Shown: positions 20,538-31,180, counted from the stretch's first letter. The stretch: DNA of 64,000 nucleotides from Obrimoposthia wandeli (GCA_977020255.1 CDROCS010001143.1:124001-188000), one strand, 5' to 3'. Notes: generated from the sequence alone by a model not told the origin. Numbers and translations are program-made.

Positions 20538-20713
20538 CTGTATTTATTTTGTCATCTTCTTTATGCCACTTTATGAGGGGCAGACCAAGCAAGATACAAC
20601 GATAAACTGAGCCAAAAATTACAGCTCCAGCACATGCTAATTAGAAGTAATATTCTAACTAGCTCGTTTTAATATTGCAACGCTCTATGCTGTCCTAACC
20701 TATTCTGCTAAAA

Positions 20714-22078
20714 CTAAAATGGATTTAACTTTTTAATACGCTGCATTAAAGTTGGGCTAGCTTTTGCTACATTTTGCACAAAAGTTGTTCCTTTTAAAGT
20801 AGACATATCCAACTCCAGCACATCTAATAACTCACCTGTACCACTAAGTAAACGATACTGCGCTAGCATGTGATCGTAAATAGCTTCATTGAAAGCATTT
20901 TGTGAAGAAAACACTTCGTTCTCTGTATCAAGTAAATCGAGCAAAGACCTTTGACCAATATTGAATTGCTTTAAATATGAATCTCGAGTGCTTTCAGTTG
21001 AAGTGACATGCTGCTCAAGGAAATCAAGCTGACGTCCCAGTATTTCATAAGCATTCCATGACAGATCCAAACTTTGCAATGTTTGTCTGGCGGCATCAGA
21101 TTGGATATTTCTGGCTTCATCTATTTGATGGCGTGTTTGACGAACTCGAGCCTTATCGGCTCCACCGTTATAAAGATTGTAACGCATACGAATCATCGCC
21201 GTTATATCTTCATTACGTCCTTCTATTCCATCTATGTTGTGATTCCAAGTACGGTTCACTTCTAAATTTAATCTAGGAAACATTAGACTACGCGACGCTT
21301 CATACTGTGCACGAGCGGCTTTAACATCCGAAGCTGCTAATTTTAGAGTTGGGTGCTGTGCATACGCTCTTTCTAAGGCTTGCTCAAAGGATTGAGGTAT
21401 CCAGCTTTCTTCGATGCTAGGGTCTTCTAAATCAGACCCTGATTTTTTACCAGTAACCCGCTCAAATGCTGAATCGGCATCCAATAAGTTGTTTTCAGCA
21501 GAAAGTACATTAACTTCTGCTAATGCCAAACGCCCCTCAGCTTGCTGAATAGATGCTAAAGTACCGACACCTGAGTCAGAACGACGTTTAATTTGCTCAA
21601 AAATACGCACGTGAGTTAATAATGTATTCTTTGCTTGTTCAACTAATGATTGACGCTTTAGTACTTCCAAATAAGCACGTGCTGATTCCAGTGCCGTTTC
21701 TTCAGAAATTTCTCTTAATCTGTGATTAATCGAGCTTAATCGCGCAGACTGTCGATCTACTTCACTTGAAACCCGGAAACCATCAAATAACATTTGGTTT
21801 AAACTAAGGTTAGCTTCAGAGCGTTTCAACTCTACATCGTTGCCTGGAAAAGCTTTAGTTTTCTCCCAGCCTACACCAGCACCGATATCAATGGTCGGTC
21901 TGTATCCGCTTTTCGCTTGATTAACTTCTTCATAAACAGCGTTGCGAGCATTCATTACTGATTGCACTTGTGGGTTAGATAATACAGCAGCTGCAACCAC
22001 ACTGTTAAGTGATTCCGCGTTTGCCGTGATTGAAATGGTTGAAATAGCTAATGCCAATATTATTTTTTTAATTCTCAC
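20714..22078 (-). CDS. Type I secretion outer-membrane protein (TolC/LapE/AggA-like)
   Basis: GTG start with AGGAGG RBS, signal peptide, YNLYNGG, QFNIGQRSLLDLLDTENE. Confidence 0.92.
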   Translation of the reverse strand: MRIKKIILALAISTISITANAESLNSVVAAAVLSNPQVQSVMNARNAVYEEVNQAKSGYRPTIDIGAGVGWEKTKAFPGNDVELKRSEANLSLNQMLFDGFRVSSEVDRQSARLSSINHRLREISEETALESARAYLEVLKRQSLVEQAKNTLLTHVRIFEQIKRRSDSGVGTLASIQQAEGRLALAEVNVLSAENNLLDADSAFERVTGKKSGSDLEDPSIEESWIPQSFEQALERAYAQHPTLKLAASDVKAARAQYEASRSLMFPRLNLEVNRTWNHNIDGIEGRNEDITAMIRMRYNLYNGGADKARVRQTRHQIDEARNIQSDAARQTLQSLDLSWNAYEILGRQLDFLEQHVTSTESTRDSYLKQFNIGQRSLLDLLDTENEVFSSQNAFNEAIYDHMLAQYRLLSGTGELLDVLELDMSTLKGTTFVQNVAKASPTLMQRIKKLNPF

Positions 22079-22106
22079 TTGTATCCTCCTTTACAGCTAA
22101 ACTAGT

Positions 22107-22721
22107 TCAGCCATTACTATCTTTTAATTTGATTATTAGTGATAAGCGATCGCTAGTATCTGTTTTTCTTAGAATAGAACTAACATGTGCCTTAACGGTT
22201 CTTTCCGTGATTCCTAGTTTACGCCCTATTTCCTTATTACTAGCACCGGTAATTAATATATCTATAGTGTCCTTTTCACGATCGCTTAAACCAAATTGGC
22301 TCAAACTTATACTGTAATCATGTTCCGATTGCAGCAACAACTTCTTTAACATTTTTTGTACAATGCTCGTACCCGCCCATATATCTCCTTTACAAACAGA
22401 TGATAGTAACTGTACAAAAATCGATTCTGTTACAAAAGTATTGACGTACCCTTTAAAGCCGCCTAATAACAACTCGATACCTTGAGCGTCATTAGGGTTA
22501 TCTGAAAAGCCAATTAAATGCACTTTATCCCAGTAAGTACATAAATTTGTTATTTGATCTTTACTAAACGAGTCTATATGTATTAAAAGGCAGCTATTTT
22601 CACAAAACACTTGCTCTGCAATAGAATCAAGATTTACACTTTTTGGATTATTTTCCTTTGAAATATCAATCCATCGCTGCTTTACATTTTCTCGATTTGT
22701 TAAAATATATAAGTTCATCAT
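22107..22721 (-). CDS. LuxR-family regulator with atypical receiver-like N-terminus
   Basis: C-terminal HTH LSDREKDTIDILITGASNKEIGRKLGITERTVKAHVSSILRK. Confidence 0.88.
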   Translation of the reverse strand: MMNLYILTNRENVKQRWIDISKENNPKSVNLDSIAEQVFCENSCLLIHIDSFSKDQITNLCTYWDKVHLIGFSDNPNDAQGIELLLGGFKGYVNTFVTESIFVQLLSSVCKGDIWAGTSIVQKMLKKLLLQSEHDYSISLSQFGLSDREKDTIDILITGASNKEIGRKLGITERTVKAHVSSILRKTDTSDRLSLIIKLKDSNG

Positions 22722-22916
22722 GCGCTTCTATTAATATTTCATTTGTAATGGCACCATACACAGCACCCCAAAATAAAACCTTTATAAATCAATTATAAGT
22801 ACCGAGACCAAATTTAGCTACCCCTAAACAAATATTTATTAATATAATATGAGCAAAAAGCTATATTGTTATAATTTACTCATTTATTGTATATTGATCA
22901 AACATCAAGCGTAATG

Positions 22917-24242
22917 TTAACGCTCAGTTAGTGCACTTTGTCTTGCTTTTAATATAGGCTTTAACAAGTAATCCATAACAGTCTTCTTACCTGTCAATAT
23001 ATCTACTGAAACTGTCATTCCCGCAATTAACGGTAATCTTTTATTATCTTTTTGAATATAAGGCTTATCGGTGGTTAATCTTACTATATAAAAAGGATCA
23101 CCTTTTTCGTTTAATACGGTACTTGGAGATACTGTTGATACTAAAGCATCAACGCCGCCATAAATTCCAAAATCATACGCTGAAACTTTAATCACCGCTT
23201 TTTGGCCTTTTAATACCTTTGCAATATCCGATGGCCTCAATTTTGCTTCGACTAACAAAGTATCTTCCCACGGAATGATATTCAATATTTCATCACCAGG
23301 CTGAACAACCCCATTAACAGTATTAAATAAAAGCTCTTTAATGGTCCCCTTTACTGGAGAAGTAATTTCAGTTCTACTTAACTTATCCTGCATGCCCGTT
23401 AGCGCTTCTTTTAAACGCGCCATTTCGGATAGTGTTTCATTTAATTCGCTTCTAGCAAAGCTCTGAAATTTCCATTTTGCCTCTTTCACCATATTTTTAG
23501 TTTCATCTAATGAAGACTGTATTCTTGGCAAGCTCAAACGGATATTATTTAACTCTCCTGATAAGTCAACTACTTGGCGCTTTAGCCTTAAATATTCAAC
23601 TTCCGATACCACACCATCTCGCACTAGAGGAGCAGTCATATCTCTTTCTTGCCTAAGCAAGCTATAACTGCTACTTAATTGAGAGCGCTTGCTTTTCGCT
23701 TGAATTAGTTCTTGACGCTTTTGACTTAATTGCTGCTCAAACACCGAAACATTTGCATCAACTTCTCTTTTTCTAGCATCGTACAAGCTTCTTTCTTGAC
23801 GGATTATCGAGCCAAATTCTACCGGGAAATCTTTTGGTACGAAAAATTCCAAACCTTCTGACTCTGCCTTTAAACGCACTGCTTTAGCGGTCAATTCAAC
23901 TTCTCTAACTTTGTTTTCTTTGAACGAGCTCGAAAAACGAGTGTCGTCTATGCGCATCAACACTTGCCCTTTTTCTACTAAATCCCCTTCCTGAATTAAG
24001 ATTTCTCCAACAATCCCTCCCTCCAAGTTTTGAATTACCTGTAATTGCTTAGAAGGTATTATTTCTCCTTCACCACGACTAAGCTCATCAAGCTCTGCCC
24101 AGTTAGCCCAAATAATTGCAATAACAACAAAAACAGCAACGGTCCAAAGTAATAGCTTAGCCCCTGTGGGCGCTTGTTCTAACATCGCTTCACTGACACT
24201 TGACATATACTGCAAATCTTTCTTTTCTACATTAGAACTCAT
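22917..24242 (-). CDS. HlyD-family type I secretion membrane fusion protein (LapC-like)
   Basis: QVIQNLEGGIV, ITSPVKGTIK, VVQPGDEIL, LIAGMTVSVDILTG. Confidence 0.93.
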   Translation of the reverse strand: MSSNVEKKDLQYMSSVSEAMLEQAPTGAKLLLWTVAVFVVIAIIWANWAELDELSRGEGEIIPSKQLQVIQNLEGGIVGEILIQEGDLVEKGQVLMRIDDTRFSSSFKENKVREVELTAKAVRLKAESEGLEFFVPKDFPVEFGSIIRQERSLYDARKREVDANVSVFEQQLSQKRQELIQAKSKRSQLSSSYSLLRQERDMTAPLVRDGVVSEVEYLRLKRQVVDLSGELNNIRLSLPRIQSSLDETKNMVKEAKWKFQSFARSELNETLSEMARLKEALTGMQDKLSRTEITSPVKGTIKELLFNTVNGVVQPGDEILNIIPWEDTLLVEAKLRPSDIAKVLKGQKAVIKVSAYDFGIYGGVDALVSTVSPSTVLNEKGDPFYIVRLTTDKPYIQKDNKRLPLIAGMTVSVDILTGKKTVMDYLLKPILKARQSALTER

Positions 24243-24254
24243 TTTTAACTTCCT

Positions 24255-26390
24255 TTAGCGCTGTATATGTAATCGACCTTGCTTTAATGCATCAAGTACA
24301 ACATCCTTTGGCCCATCTGCTACTACACGTCCGCCATCCATCACTACAATTCTGTCGACTAATGAAAGCAGAGACATTTTGTGAGTCACGAGCACTAGTG
24401 TTCTATCTTTGCTGTATTGCGCTAATTGCTTACGCAAAAAGTCTTCAGATGAGTTATCCATCGAGTTAGTTGGCTCATCCAAAATGAGAATATTAGGCTC
24501 ATGTATCAAAGCTCTAGCTATTGCTATCGCTTGGCGCTGACCACCTGATAATCTCGCACCTCGCTCTCCAACTTGCATTTCAAAACCTTGTGGATGTCGA
24601 TTAATAAACTGATCAACACCGGATATAGATGCAGCTTTTATCAAAGCGCTATCGTCTATCTCTGGAGAGCCCATAATAATATTATCTCTAACACTACCAT
24701 CAAAGAGCATTAACTCTTGTGGGACGTAACCAATATTTCGGCGTAAATCTACCGGATCGATCTGGTTAAGATCTATTCCATCAATACGCACAGCCCCTTC
24801 ATCCGGCTTATAAAGGCCCATTAGAAGTTTTTCAATAGTACTTTTTCCAGATCCAATGCGGCCGATAAGCGCAATTTTCTCACCTGCTTTAAAACTAAAG
24901 TCTACTTTATCTAATGAAACTTGCTCTGCCTCTGGATAACTAAATTTAACCCCTTTAAACTCAACTGATCCATCAAGATTAGGGCGATGAACATAGTTTT
25001 TACCTTCAGCTCTTTCATCCGGCAATGCCATAATTTGATTTAAACTATTCAAAGCTGTTTTAGATTGAAAAAAGCTAGTAACTAAACCGGTAACTTGAGC
25101 CATTGGCTGCAAAACCCTGCCAGAAAGTATATTAGCAGCAATTAGGGCACCCATTGTTAGCTCTCTTTCAGAAATAAGATAAACACCTACAATAACCAGA
25201 GAAACAGAGCTAACTTGCGTCACAAAGCCGGAGAAATTAGTAACCGAAGATGAGATCATCTTACTTTTTAGGCTCCATTTTGCAATAAACCCTTCTGCTT
25301 GCTCCCAACGCAACTGTAAAACAGAACTAGCTCTTTGCGTTTTAACCGTTTCCATTGCCGTCAAACACTCTATCAATGTGGAGTTTTTTTGTGCTGATGC
25401 GGCAAATGTTTGTTCTACTGATTCTTTTAATTTTTTACTGGCTATTACTGAATACGCCAAAATAATTGGCATCGCAACTAAAGGCACATACACTAATGGT
25501 CCGCCAATTAAGAACAACACGACTAAAAAAATGATGGCGAAGGGAATATCTATCAAAATTGTTGTGGTGGTGGAGCTTAAAAACCCCCTGATACTTTCAA
25601 ATTCACGTAAATTACTGGCAAAAGAACCCACCGATTTCGGCATATGCGCATATTGCATGCTCATTACTTTTTCAAAAAGCATTGACGACATTAAAATGTC
25701 AGCTTTTTTTCCCGCTATTTCTAAAAAATAAGCACGGAGCATTTTCAAGCCAAAATCAAAAACATAAGCAACAAAAACACCAATAGCCAATACCCATAAG
25801 GTTTCTATTGCTGAGTTAGGCACAACCCTGTCATAAACGTTCATTACAAATAATGGGTTAGCTAAAACAAATACATTGATCAAAAAAGAGGCGATAAGTA
25901 CATCGCGGTATATTTTAGCAGAGCGCCAAATAGTCCCCCAAAACCAATGGCCTTCTTTCTGATTTAATACTCTGGATACGCGTTCAGTAAAGTGATATTC
26001 CAAGTTTAAATATATAGCGACCCCTGAATACTGCTTTGCAAGCTTATCCATTGAGGTTCTCTTCATACCGCTATCGGGGAAAATCAGTATTGCCTCTCCA
26101 CTGCCCTCATCTACTTCTTGCAGTATACAAGCATCATCATTTTCTAATAATAACACTGCTGGCAATGTAAGAGGGCTGATCAATGCCAGCTCTCTCTGCA
26201 CTATTTTTGCTGAAAAGCCAGCACGCTTTGCCGCTCGCACAAATAGCTTTGGGGTTAATTTATTGTTTTCTAAGGGAAGCCCGTTTCTAAGTGCTTGAGC
26301 AGATAAAGGGCGATGATTTTGCTGCGTTAAATGCATTAAACATTTTAATAAAGGATCTTGTATTACGTCCATTTCCTTGACCATTTTCAA
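24255..26390 (-). CDS. Type I secretion ABC transporter (LapB/LssB-like, C39-like N-domain)
   Basis: N-terminal DPLLKCL..GLPL..LTP, MNVYDRVVPN, Walker A GRIGSGKST, LSGGQRQ, LDEPT. Confidence 0.94.
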   Translation of the reverse strand: MKMVKEMDVIQDPLLKCLMHLTQQNHRPLSAQALRNGLPLENNKLTPKLFVRAAKRAGFSAKIVQRELALISPLTLPAVLLLENDDACILQEVDEGSGEAILIFPDSGMKRTSMDKLAKQYSGVAIYLNLEYHFTERVSRVLNQKEGHWFWGTIWRSAKIYRDVLIASFLINVFVLANPLFVMNVYDRVVPNSAIETLWVLAIGVFVAYVFDFGLKMLRAYFLEIAGKKADILMSSMLFEKVMSMQYAHMPKSVGSFASNLREFESIRGFLSSTTTTILIDIPFAIIFLVVLFLIGGPLVYVPLVAMPIILAYSVIASKKLKESVEQTFAASAQKNSTLIECLTAMETVKTQRASSVLQLRWEQAEGFIAKWSLKSKMISSSVTNFSGFVTQVSSVSLVIVGVYLISERELTMGALIAANILSGRVLQPMAQVTGLVTSFFQSKTALNSLNQIMALPDERAEGKNYVHRPNLDGSVEFKGVKFSYPEAEQVSLDKVDFSFKAGEKIALIGRIGSGKSTIEKLLMGLYKPDEGAVRIDGIDLNQIDPVDLRRNIGYVPQELMLFDGSVRDNIIMGSPEIDDSALIKAASISGVDQFINRHPQGFEMQVGERGARLSGGQRQAIAIARALIHEPNILILDEPTNSMDNSSEDFLRKQLAQYSKDRTLVLVTHKMSLLSLVDRIVVMDGGRVVADGPKDVVLDALKQGRLHIQR

Positions 26391-26441
26391 TTTTTCTACA
26401 TACTGTCATGTAAATCATCCTACTACAGACGAGTTACTACC

Positions 26442-26819
26442 ATGTTATATGCAACACGCAACATAGAAGGAAAAATATCTGGTATCACTGATACCCCCTC
26501 CAGTTCAGCTGAAGCTATTGATAAAAACCACCCTGATGTTAGAGAATTTTTCTCTACACATTATGATAATTTCTCTCCAGATTCTTTTCTAGACGAATCT
26601 GATATTGCTATCGCCCGAATCTTAGACGATTTAGTGGATCTGTTAGTAAAAAAGAATATTATCATGTTTACTGAACTGCCTAATGCAGCCCAAAAGAAAC
26701 TCTTATCTCGCCGTTTAGTGAGAACCCTTATCCAAAATTCTGACGAGGACGCTAGCGAACAAACAGATAAAACTCTTAGCGGTCACATATTTCTTTCAGA
26801 TGATGACAACTTGTTATAA
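26442..26819 (+). CDS. Small hypothetical protein of the T1SS-associated family (often auto-annotated 'tryptophan synthase subunit beta like')
   Basis: MLYATRNIEGKI N-terminus and ESDIAIARILDDLVDLLVKKNIIMFTELPNAAQKKLLSR core, recalled from proteins beside Lap-type T1SS loci. Start moved to ATG 26442. Confidence 0.65.
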   Translation: MLYATRNIEGKISGITDTPSSSAEAIDKNHPDVREFFSTHYDNFSPDSFLDESDIAIARILDDLVDLLVKKNIIMFTELPNAAQKKLLSRRLVRTLIQNSDEDASEQTDKTLSGHIFLSDDDNLL

Positions 26820-27202
26820 TTCACTGGGGCTTCTAAGCAAAATTATAAATGCTGTTAAACTATTAATATGTATAGCAGTATTTCACTGTTAAAGTTACAA
26901 ATCGTTTACTTTAAATACAATCTTTTAAAAAACTTAGTATTGCAATCCAAAACCCAACAAAAAGGCCATCAAGCTAGCGCCATCACTTTACTTACCTAAG
27001 CACTCTAATAAGTAAAAACACGCTATAGATGCCAGATCTCTTGCCCAAAAAACAAATTATCACTTTTATTGCATGCAAAACTAACATAAGTTGAAATATT
27101 TATATAGCCAAGTCATCTAACTATTTAATAAGCTGGCATTTTCCAAGCTCTTACTATTTAAAATAACAATATTTACATGCTACGCCTTCAATTTACGCTC
27201 AT

Positions 27203-27227
27203 AAAAAAGCCCGCTTACGCAGGCTTT
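27203..27227 (-). terminator. argG terminator
   Basis: Minus strand AAAGCCTGCGTAAGCGGGCTTTTTT, 20 bp after the argG stop. Confidence 0.8.
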
Positions 27228-27247
27228 ATAAAAATTGTAATATGCTA

Positions 27248-28474
27248 TTAATCTTCTAGTAAATTTCTACCTTTAGAAGCGGCAATGCGCATTCTTAGTG
27301 CATTTAGCTTAATGAAACCTTCTGCATCTTGCTGATTATAAGAACCAGCATCATCTTCCATCGTTGCAATAGCTTCATCAAACAAGCTTTCATCTGAGCG
27401 ACGCCCTACGACACTAATATTGCCTTTATATAGCTTAAGACGAACTTCACCACTAACATTTCGCTGACTATAATCTATTGATTGCTGGAGCATTTTACGC
27501 TCTTCAGACCACCAAAAACCATTGTAGATAAGCTTTGCATAACGCGGCATCATTTCATCTTTAAGATGTGCAGCTTCTCTATCAAGCGTAATTGATTCAA
27601 TAGCACGATGCGCTTTCAACATAATGCTGCCACCTGGTGTTTCATAGCAGCCGCGAGCTTTCATGCCCACGAAACGATTTTCGACGATATCCAATCGGCC
27701 AACACCGTTTTCACCACCAATTTGGTTAAGTGTTTCCAGCACAGTTGCAGGCGTCATTGCTTCACCATCAATAGCGGTAATATCACCTTTAGCGTAAGTC
27801 AATTCAATATACCTAGCTTCATCAGGTGCTGATTCTGGAGATACTGACCAGCGCCACATATCTTCTTCAGCTTCTACCCAAGGATCTTCTAAAATACCTG
27901 ACTCATAGGATATATGCAGTAAATTAGCATCCATTGAATAAGGCGATTTCTTCTTATTGTTAGAGTAATCTACTTCGATACCATGCTCTTCACAGTAAGC
28001 CATTAAAGATTCACGTGAATTTAGATCCCACTCTCTCCAAGGCGCTATAATAGAAACGCCAGGCTTAAGTGCATATGCACCTAATTCAAAGCGAACTTGA
28101 TCATTACCTTTACCCGTTGCACCATGAGAGATTGCATCTGCGCCTGTCTCGTTTGCAATTTCAATTAATCGTTTAGAGATTAATGGACGTGCAATAGATG
28201 TACCTAGTAAATACTCACCTTCATACACCGTGTTTGCACGAAACATTGGAAAAACGAAATCACGTACGAACTCTTCACGCAAATCATCAATGTAAATCTC
28301 TTTCACACCTAAAGCTTCCGCTTTAGCACGTGCTGGCTCTACTTCCTCACCCTGACCTAAATCAGCTGTAAAAGTAACAACTTCACAATTGTAAGTATCC
28401 TGTAACCAGCGGACGATAACCGATGTATCTAAACCGCCAGAATAGGCTAAAACGACCTTCTTAATATCGGACAT
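27248..28474 (-). CDS. argG: Argininosuccinate synthase
   Basis: [38 protein letters not shown]. Confidence 0.98.
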   Translation of the reverse strand: MSDIKKVVLAYSGGLDTSVIVRWLQDTYNCEVVTFTADLGQGEEVEPARAKAEALGVKEIYIDDLREEFVRDFVFPMFRANTVYEGEYLLGTSIARPLISKRLIEIANETGADAISHGATGKGNDQVRFELGAYALKPGVSIIAPWREWDLNSRESLMAYCEEHGIEVDYSNNKKKSPYSMDANLLHISYESGILEDPWVEAEEDMWRWSVSPESAPDEARYIELTYAKGDITAIDGEAMTPATVLETLNQIGGENGVGRLDIVENRFVGMKARGCYETPGGSIMLKAHRAIESITLDREAAHLKDEMMPRYAKLIYNGFWWSEERKMLQQSIDYSQRNVSGEVRLKLYKGNISVVGRRSDESLFDEAIATMEDDAGSYNQQDAEGFIKLNALRMRIAASKGRNLLED

Positions 28475-28750
28475 CTATCCTGCTCCAAACAAAAAAAATC
28501 TGACTTAAATAATCAGATTTAACATTAAAAAATATGGGGACATAGTATATAGAGGTTATTATTAAGCCACAATATAAGCTCACTCATTAACGATAAATCT
28601 ATCATCAATGGTATTTTCATACTTAACCTTCCTAAAAACAAAGACCTGCGTGAATTCTGAAAGCTTCGAAGTAGAGAGAGCATCGGATTAATTATATTCT
28701 ACATTCAAATCAGAACGTTAATTACCAATGACAGTTCCATTTAAGCGCAA

Positions 28751-29605
28751 TTAATTCTTATCTAAGCGAATAGTTACCCGACGATTTCGAGCCTGATTCG
28801 TTTTCGAAGTGTTAGGTACCACTGGATAACGCTCCCCATGATAACGCGTTGTTATCATAGACTCTTCCACACCCATTGAAACTAAGTAACGAGTCACCTC
28901 TTCAGCACGAAGCTTAGATAGATCACGGTTTAACAAGCGACGCCCACCGCTATCGGAATGACCATCTATGTAAATTGCAGAAACACTTTTGTCTTCTTTC
29001 ACATAAAACGCGATTAAATCCAACCGCTCTCTTGTTGCATCCGATAGAGTCCAAGCAGCTGGAGGAAATAGCACCGCTGTACGTGCTACTTGGCGATAAT
29101 TAGCAGGCAGCAGGCCTGCCACACAAGATATATAATCGTTGTAGGCACCTTTAAAGTTTGCTGCAGATAAAGCAACACGTAACTGATCCGTTGAGTTCAT
29201 CCACTTATCTACTGTAAATGTAGGTGACATACCTTTATATAAAGAAACCAACATTTGACCGGCATAAATAGCATTGGTTTTCAGCACCCGTCCCGCTTCT
29301 AAAGGACCTATCACCGCGGTTGCTATACCTGGCTGCCACGGAGACGCCTCTACCACCAATAAAGCTTTTCTTTTAATAGCCAACCGTTGAGTAGGCTTTA
29401 AGGTAAAAAGAGGCTCCACCCCCGCTTCATGGAGAAACTCTCCAATCCCGAAAGCCGGAATACTTTGTGATAACTTGCACTCAAATTTAGAAGATTCTAG
29501 CACCCATTTTGATTCATCAATTGATGCTCGAAATGTAATCGCCTGTGCCATGCCCATTGACAAACACACTAAAAAACCTAGAAAAAATCTGATACTCATT
29601 ATCAT
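28751..29605 (-). CDS. motY: Flagellar motor-associated protein MotY (OmpA-like C-domain)
   Basis: Signal peptide, FECKLSQSIPAFG, OmpA-like C-terminus (GHSDS..LS..RA; RNRRV). Start moved to MIMSIRFF. Confidence 0.8.
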   Translation of the reverse strand: MIMSIRFFLGFLVCLSMGMAQAITFRASIDESKWVLESSKFECKLSQSIPAFGIGEFLHEAGVEPLFTLKPTQRLAIKRKALLVVEASPWQPGIATAVIGPLEAGRVLKTNAIYAGQMLVSLYKGMSPTFTVDKWMNSTDQLRVALSAANFKGAYNDYISCVAGLLPANYRQVARTAVLFPPAAWTLSDATRERLDLIAFYVKEDKSVSAIYIDGHSDSGGRRLLNRDLSKLRAEEVTRYLVSMGVEESMITTRYHGERYPVVPNTSKTNQARNRRVTIRLDKN

Positions 29606-29625
29606 TGTAAATGTACACTCAACTT

Positions 29626-30288
29626 TTATTGATAATCTAAAACCATATCCCAACCGCCAAGATCTTTCCACCTATTGACGATTGAACAAAAAAGATCTGC
29701 CGTTTTTTCGGTATCATAAAGAGCGGAATGTGCCTCTTTACCATCGAAGGGAATCCCTGCTATCTCGCACCCTTTAGCCAATACCGTTTGACCGTACGCC
29801 AAACCGGAAAGCGTAGCCGTATCAAAAGTAGAAAACGGGTGAAATGGATTGCGTTTCAAATCACAACGACTAGCAGCTTCCATAACAAAACCATGATCAA
29901 ATGATGCATTATGCCCGACTAAAATAGCACGTTTGCAACCATGAGCTTTCACCGCTTTACGCACTGCTTTGAAAATCATCTCCATCGCCTCAAGCTCTCC
30001 AATAGCGCCACGATTTGGATCACTTGGATCTATGCCAGTGAAATCCAGTGCCGATTGCTCTAAGTTAGCTCCTTCAAAAGGCTCAACATGCGCATCAAAA
30101 CTTTGATCGATAATCAAGTACCCTTGATCATCCATCGTCAACGTAACAGCTGCAATTTCTAATAGCGCATCTGTTCTACAATTAAATCCCGCCGTCTCAA
30201 CATCAATAACGATAGGTAAGTAACCTCTGAATCTTTCCGTCATTAAATGTGTAATAGTACTATTAGCCAAAAGATTTTCCTTAATCAC
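29626..30288 (-). CDS. rnt: Ribonuclease T
   Basis: [44 protein letters not shown]. Confidence 0.97.
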   Translation of the reverse strand: MIKENLLANSTITHLMTERFRGYLPIVIDVETAGFNCRTDALLEIAAVTLTMDDQGYLIIDQSFDAHVEPFEGANLEQSALDFTGIDPSDPNRGAIGELEAMEMIFKAVRKAVKAHGCKRAILVGHNASFDHGFVMEAASRCDLKRNPFHPFSTFDTATLSGLAYGQTVLAKGCEIAGIPFDGKEAHSALYDTEKTADLFCSIVNRWKDLGGWDMVLDYQ

Positions 30289-30406
30289 ATAGTGTGTATG
30301 CTTATATAAATTAAACGTATTCTAGCAGCGCCACCCACAAAAGTATCTAGATTCTGGGTTAATCAGCGAATAATCATCTCACTATCTAAACTGCTCTTTT
30401 AATTCC

Positions 30407-30438
30407 AAAAAAAAACCTAGCAATCGCCAGGTTTTTTT
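30407..30438. terminator. Intrinsic terminator after the peroxiredoxin gene
   Basis: A9-CCTAG CAATCG CCAGG-T7 hairpin, flanked by A and T runs. Confidence 0.7.
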
Positions 30439-30495
30439 AAGTAAAGCCTTTTTAAACGCCTAGCTTAGCACCATTGCGCTAAACACAGCATATAA

Positions 30496-31098
30496 TTAAA
30501 GCTTATCAGACTCTGCTGCTAAATAAGCTGCAACGCCATCAGGAGATGCATCCATTCCCTTGTCGCCTTTGCTCCAGCCAGCTGGGCAAACTTCACCGTG
30601 CTCTTCATGATACTGAAGGGCTTCAAAAAGACGAATAAGTTCATCCATGTTACGACCTAAAGGTAAATCGTTAACGATTTGTGAACGTACATCACCATTT
30701 TGATCTATGATGAAAGCACCACGAAAAGCAACACCACCTTCACTTTCTACATCATATGCTTTGCAGATTGCATGATTCATATCAGCAACAAGTGTGTACT
30801 TAACTTGACCAATGCCGCCTTTATCAACAGCAGTATTACGCCATGCATTATGCGTGAAATGTGAATCGATAGAAACGCCGATTACTTCTACATTTAATGC
30901 TTTGAAAGCCTCAACACGATGATCAAGCGCAATTAACTCTGAAGGACAAACAAAAGTAAAATCCAAAGGATAGAAAAATACTAAAGCATACTTTCCTTTA
31001 GTCGCTTCTGCAAAATTGTAACCATCAACAATTTGACCATCGCCTAGCACTGCTGCTGCTGTAAAATCTGGTGCTTTTTTACCTACTAATACGCCCAT
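30496..31098 (-). CDS. 2-Cys peroxiredoxin (AhpC/TsaA family)
   Basis: FYPLDFTFVCPSE, GEVCPAGW. Confidence 0.95.
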   Translation of the reverse strand: MGVLVGKKAPDFTAAAVLGDGQIVDGYNFAEATKGKYALVFFYPLDFTFVCPSELIALDHRVEAFKALNVEVIGVSIDSHFTHNAWRNTAVDKGGIGQVKYTLVADMNHAICKAYDVESEGGVAFRGAFIIDQNGDVRSQIVNDLPLGRNMDELIRLFEALQYHEEHGEVCPAGWSKGDKGMDASPDGVAAYLAAESDKL

Positions 31099-31128
31099 TT
31101 TGGATCTCCTTTATCATAAATCATGTTA

Positions 31129-31161
31129 AAAAATTGGTGTGCTTTAAAGTAGCACCAATTT
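31129..31161 (-). terminator. Terminator-like hairpin after grxD
   Basis: Minus strand AAATTGGTGCT ACTTTAA AGCACACCAATTT plus U run. Confidence 0.6.
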
Positions 31162-31180
31162 AGAAATTATTTTTTTGCGA

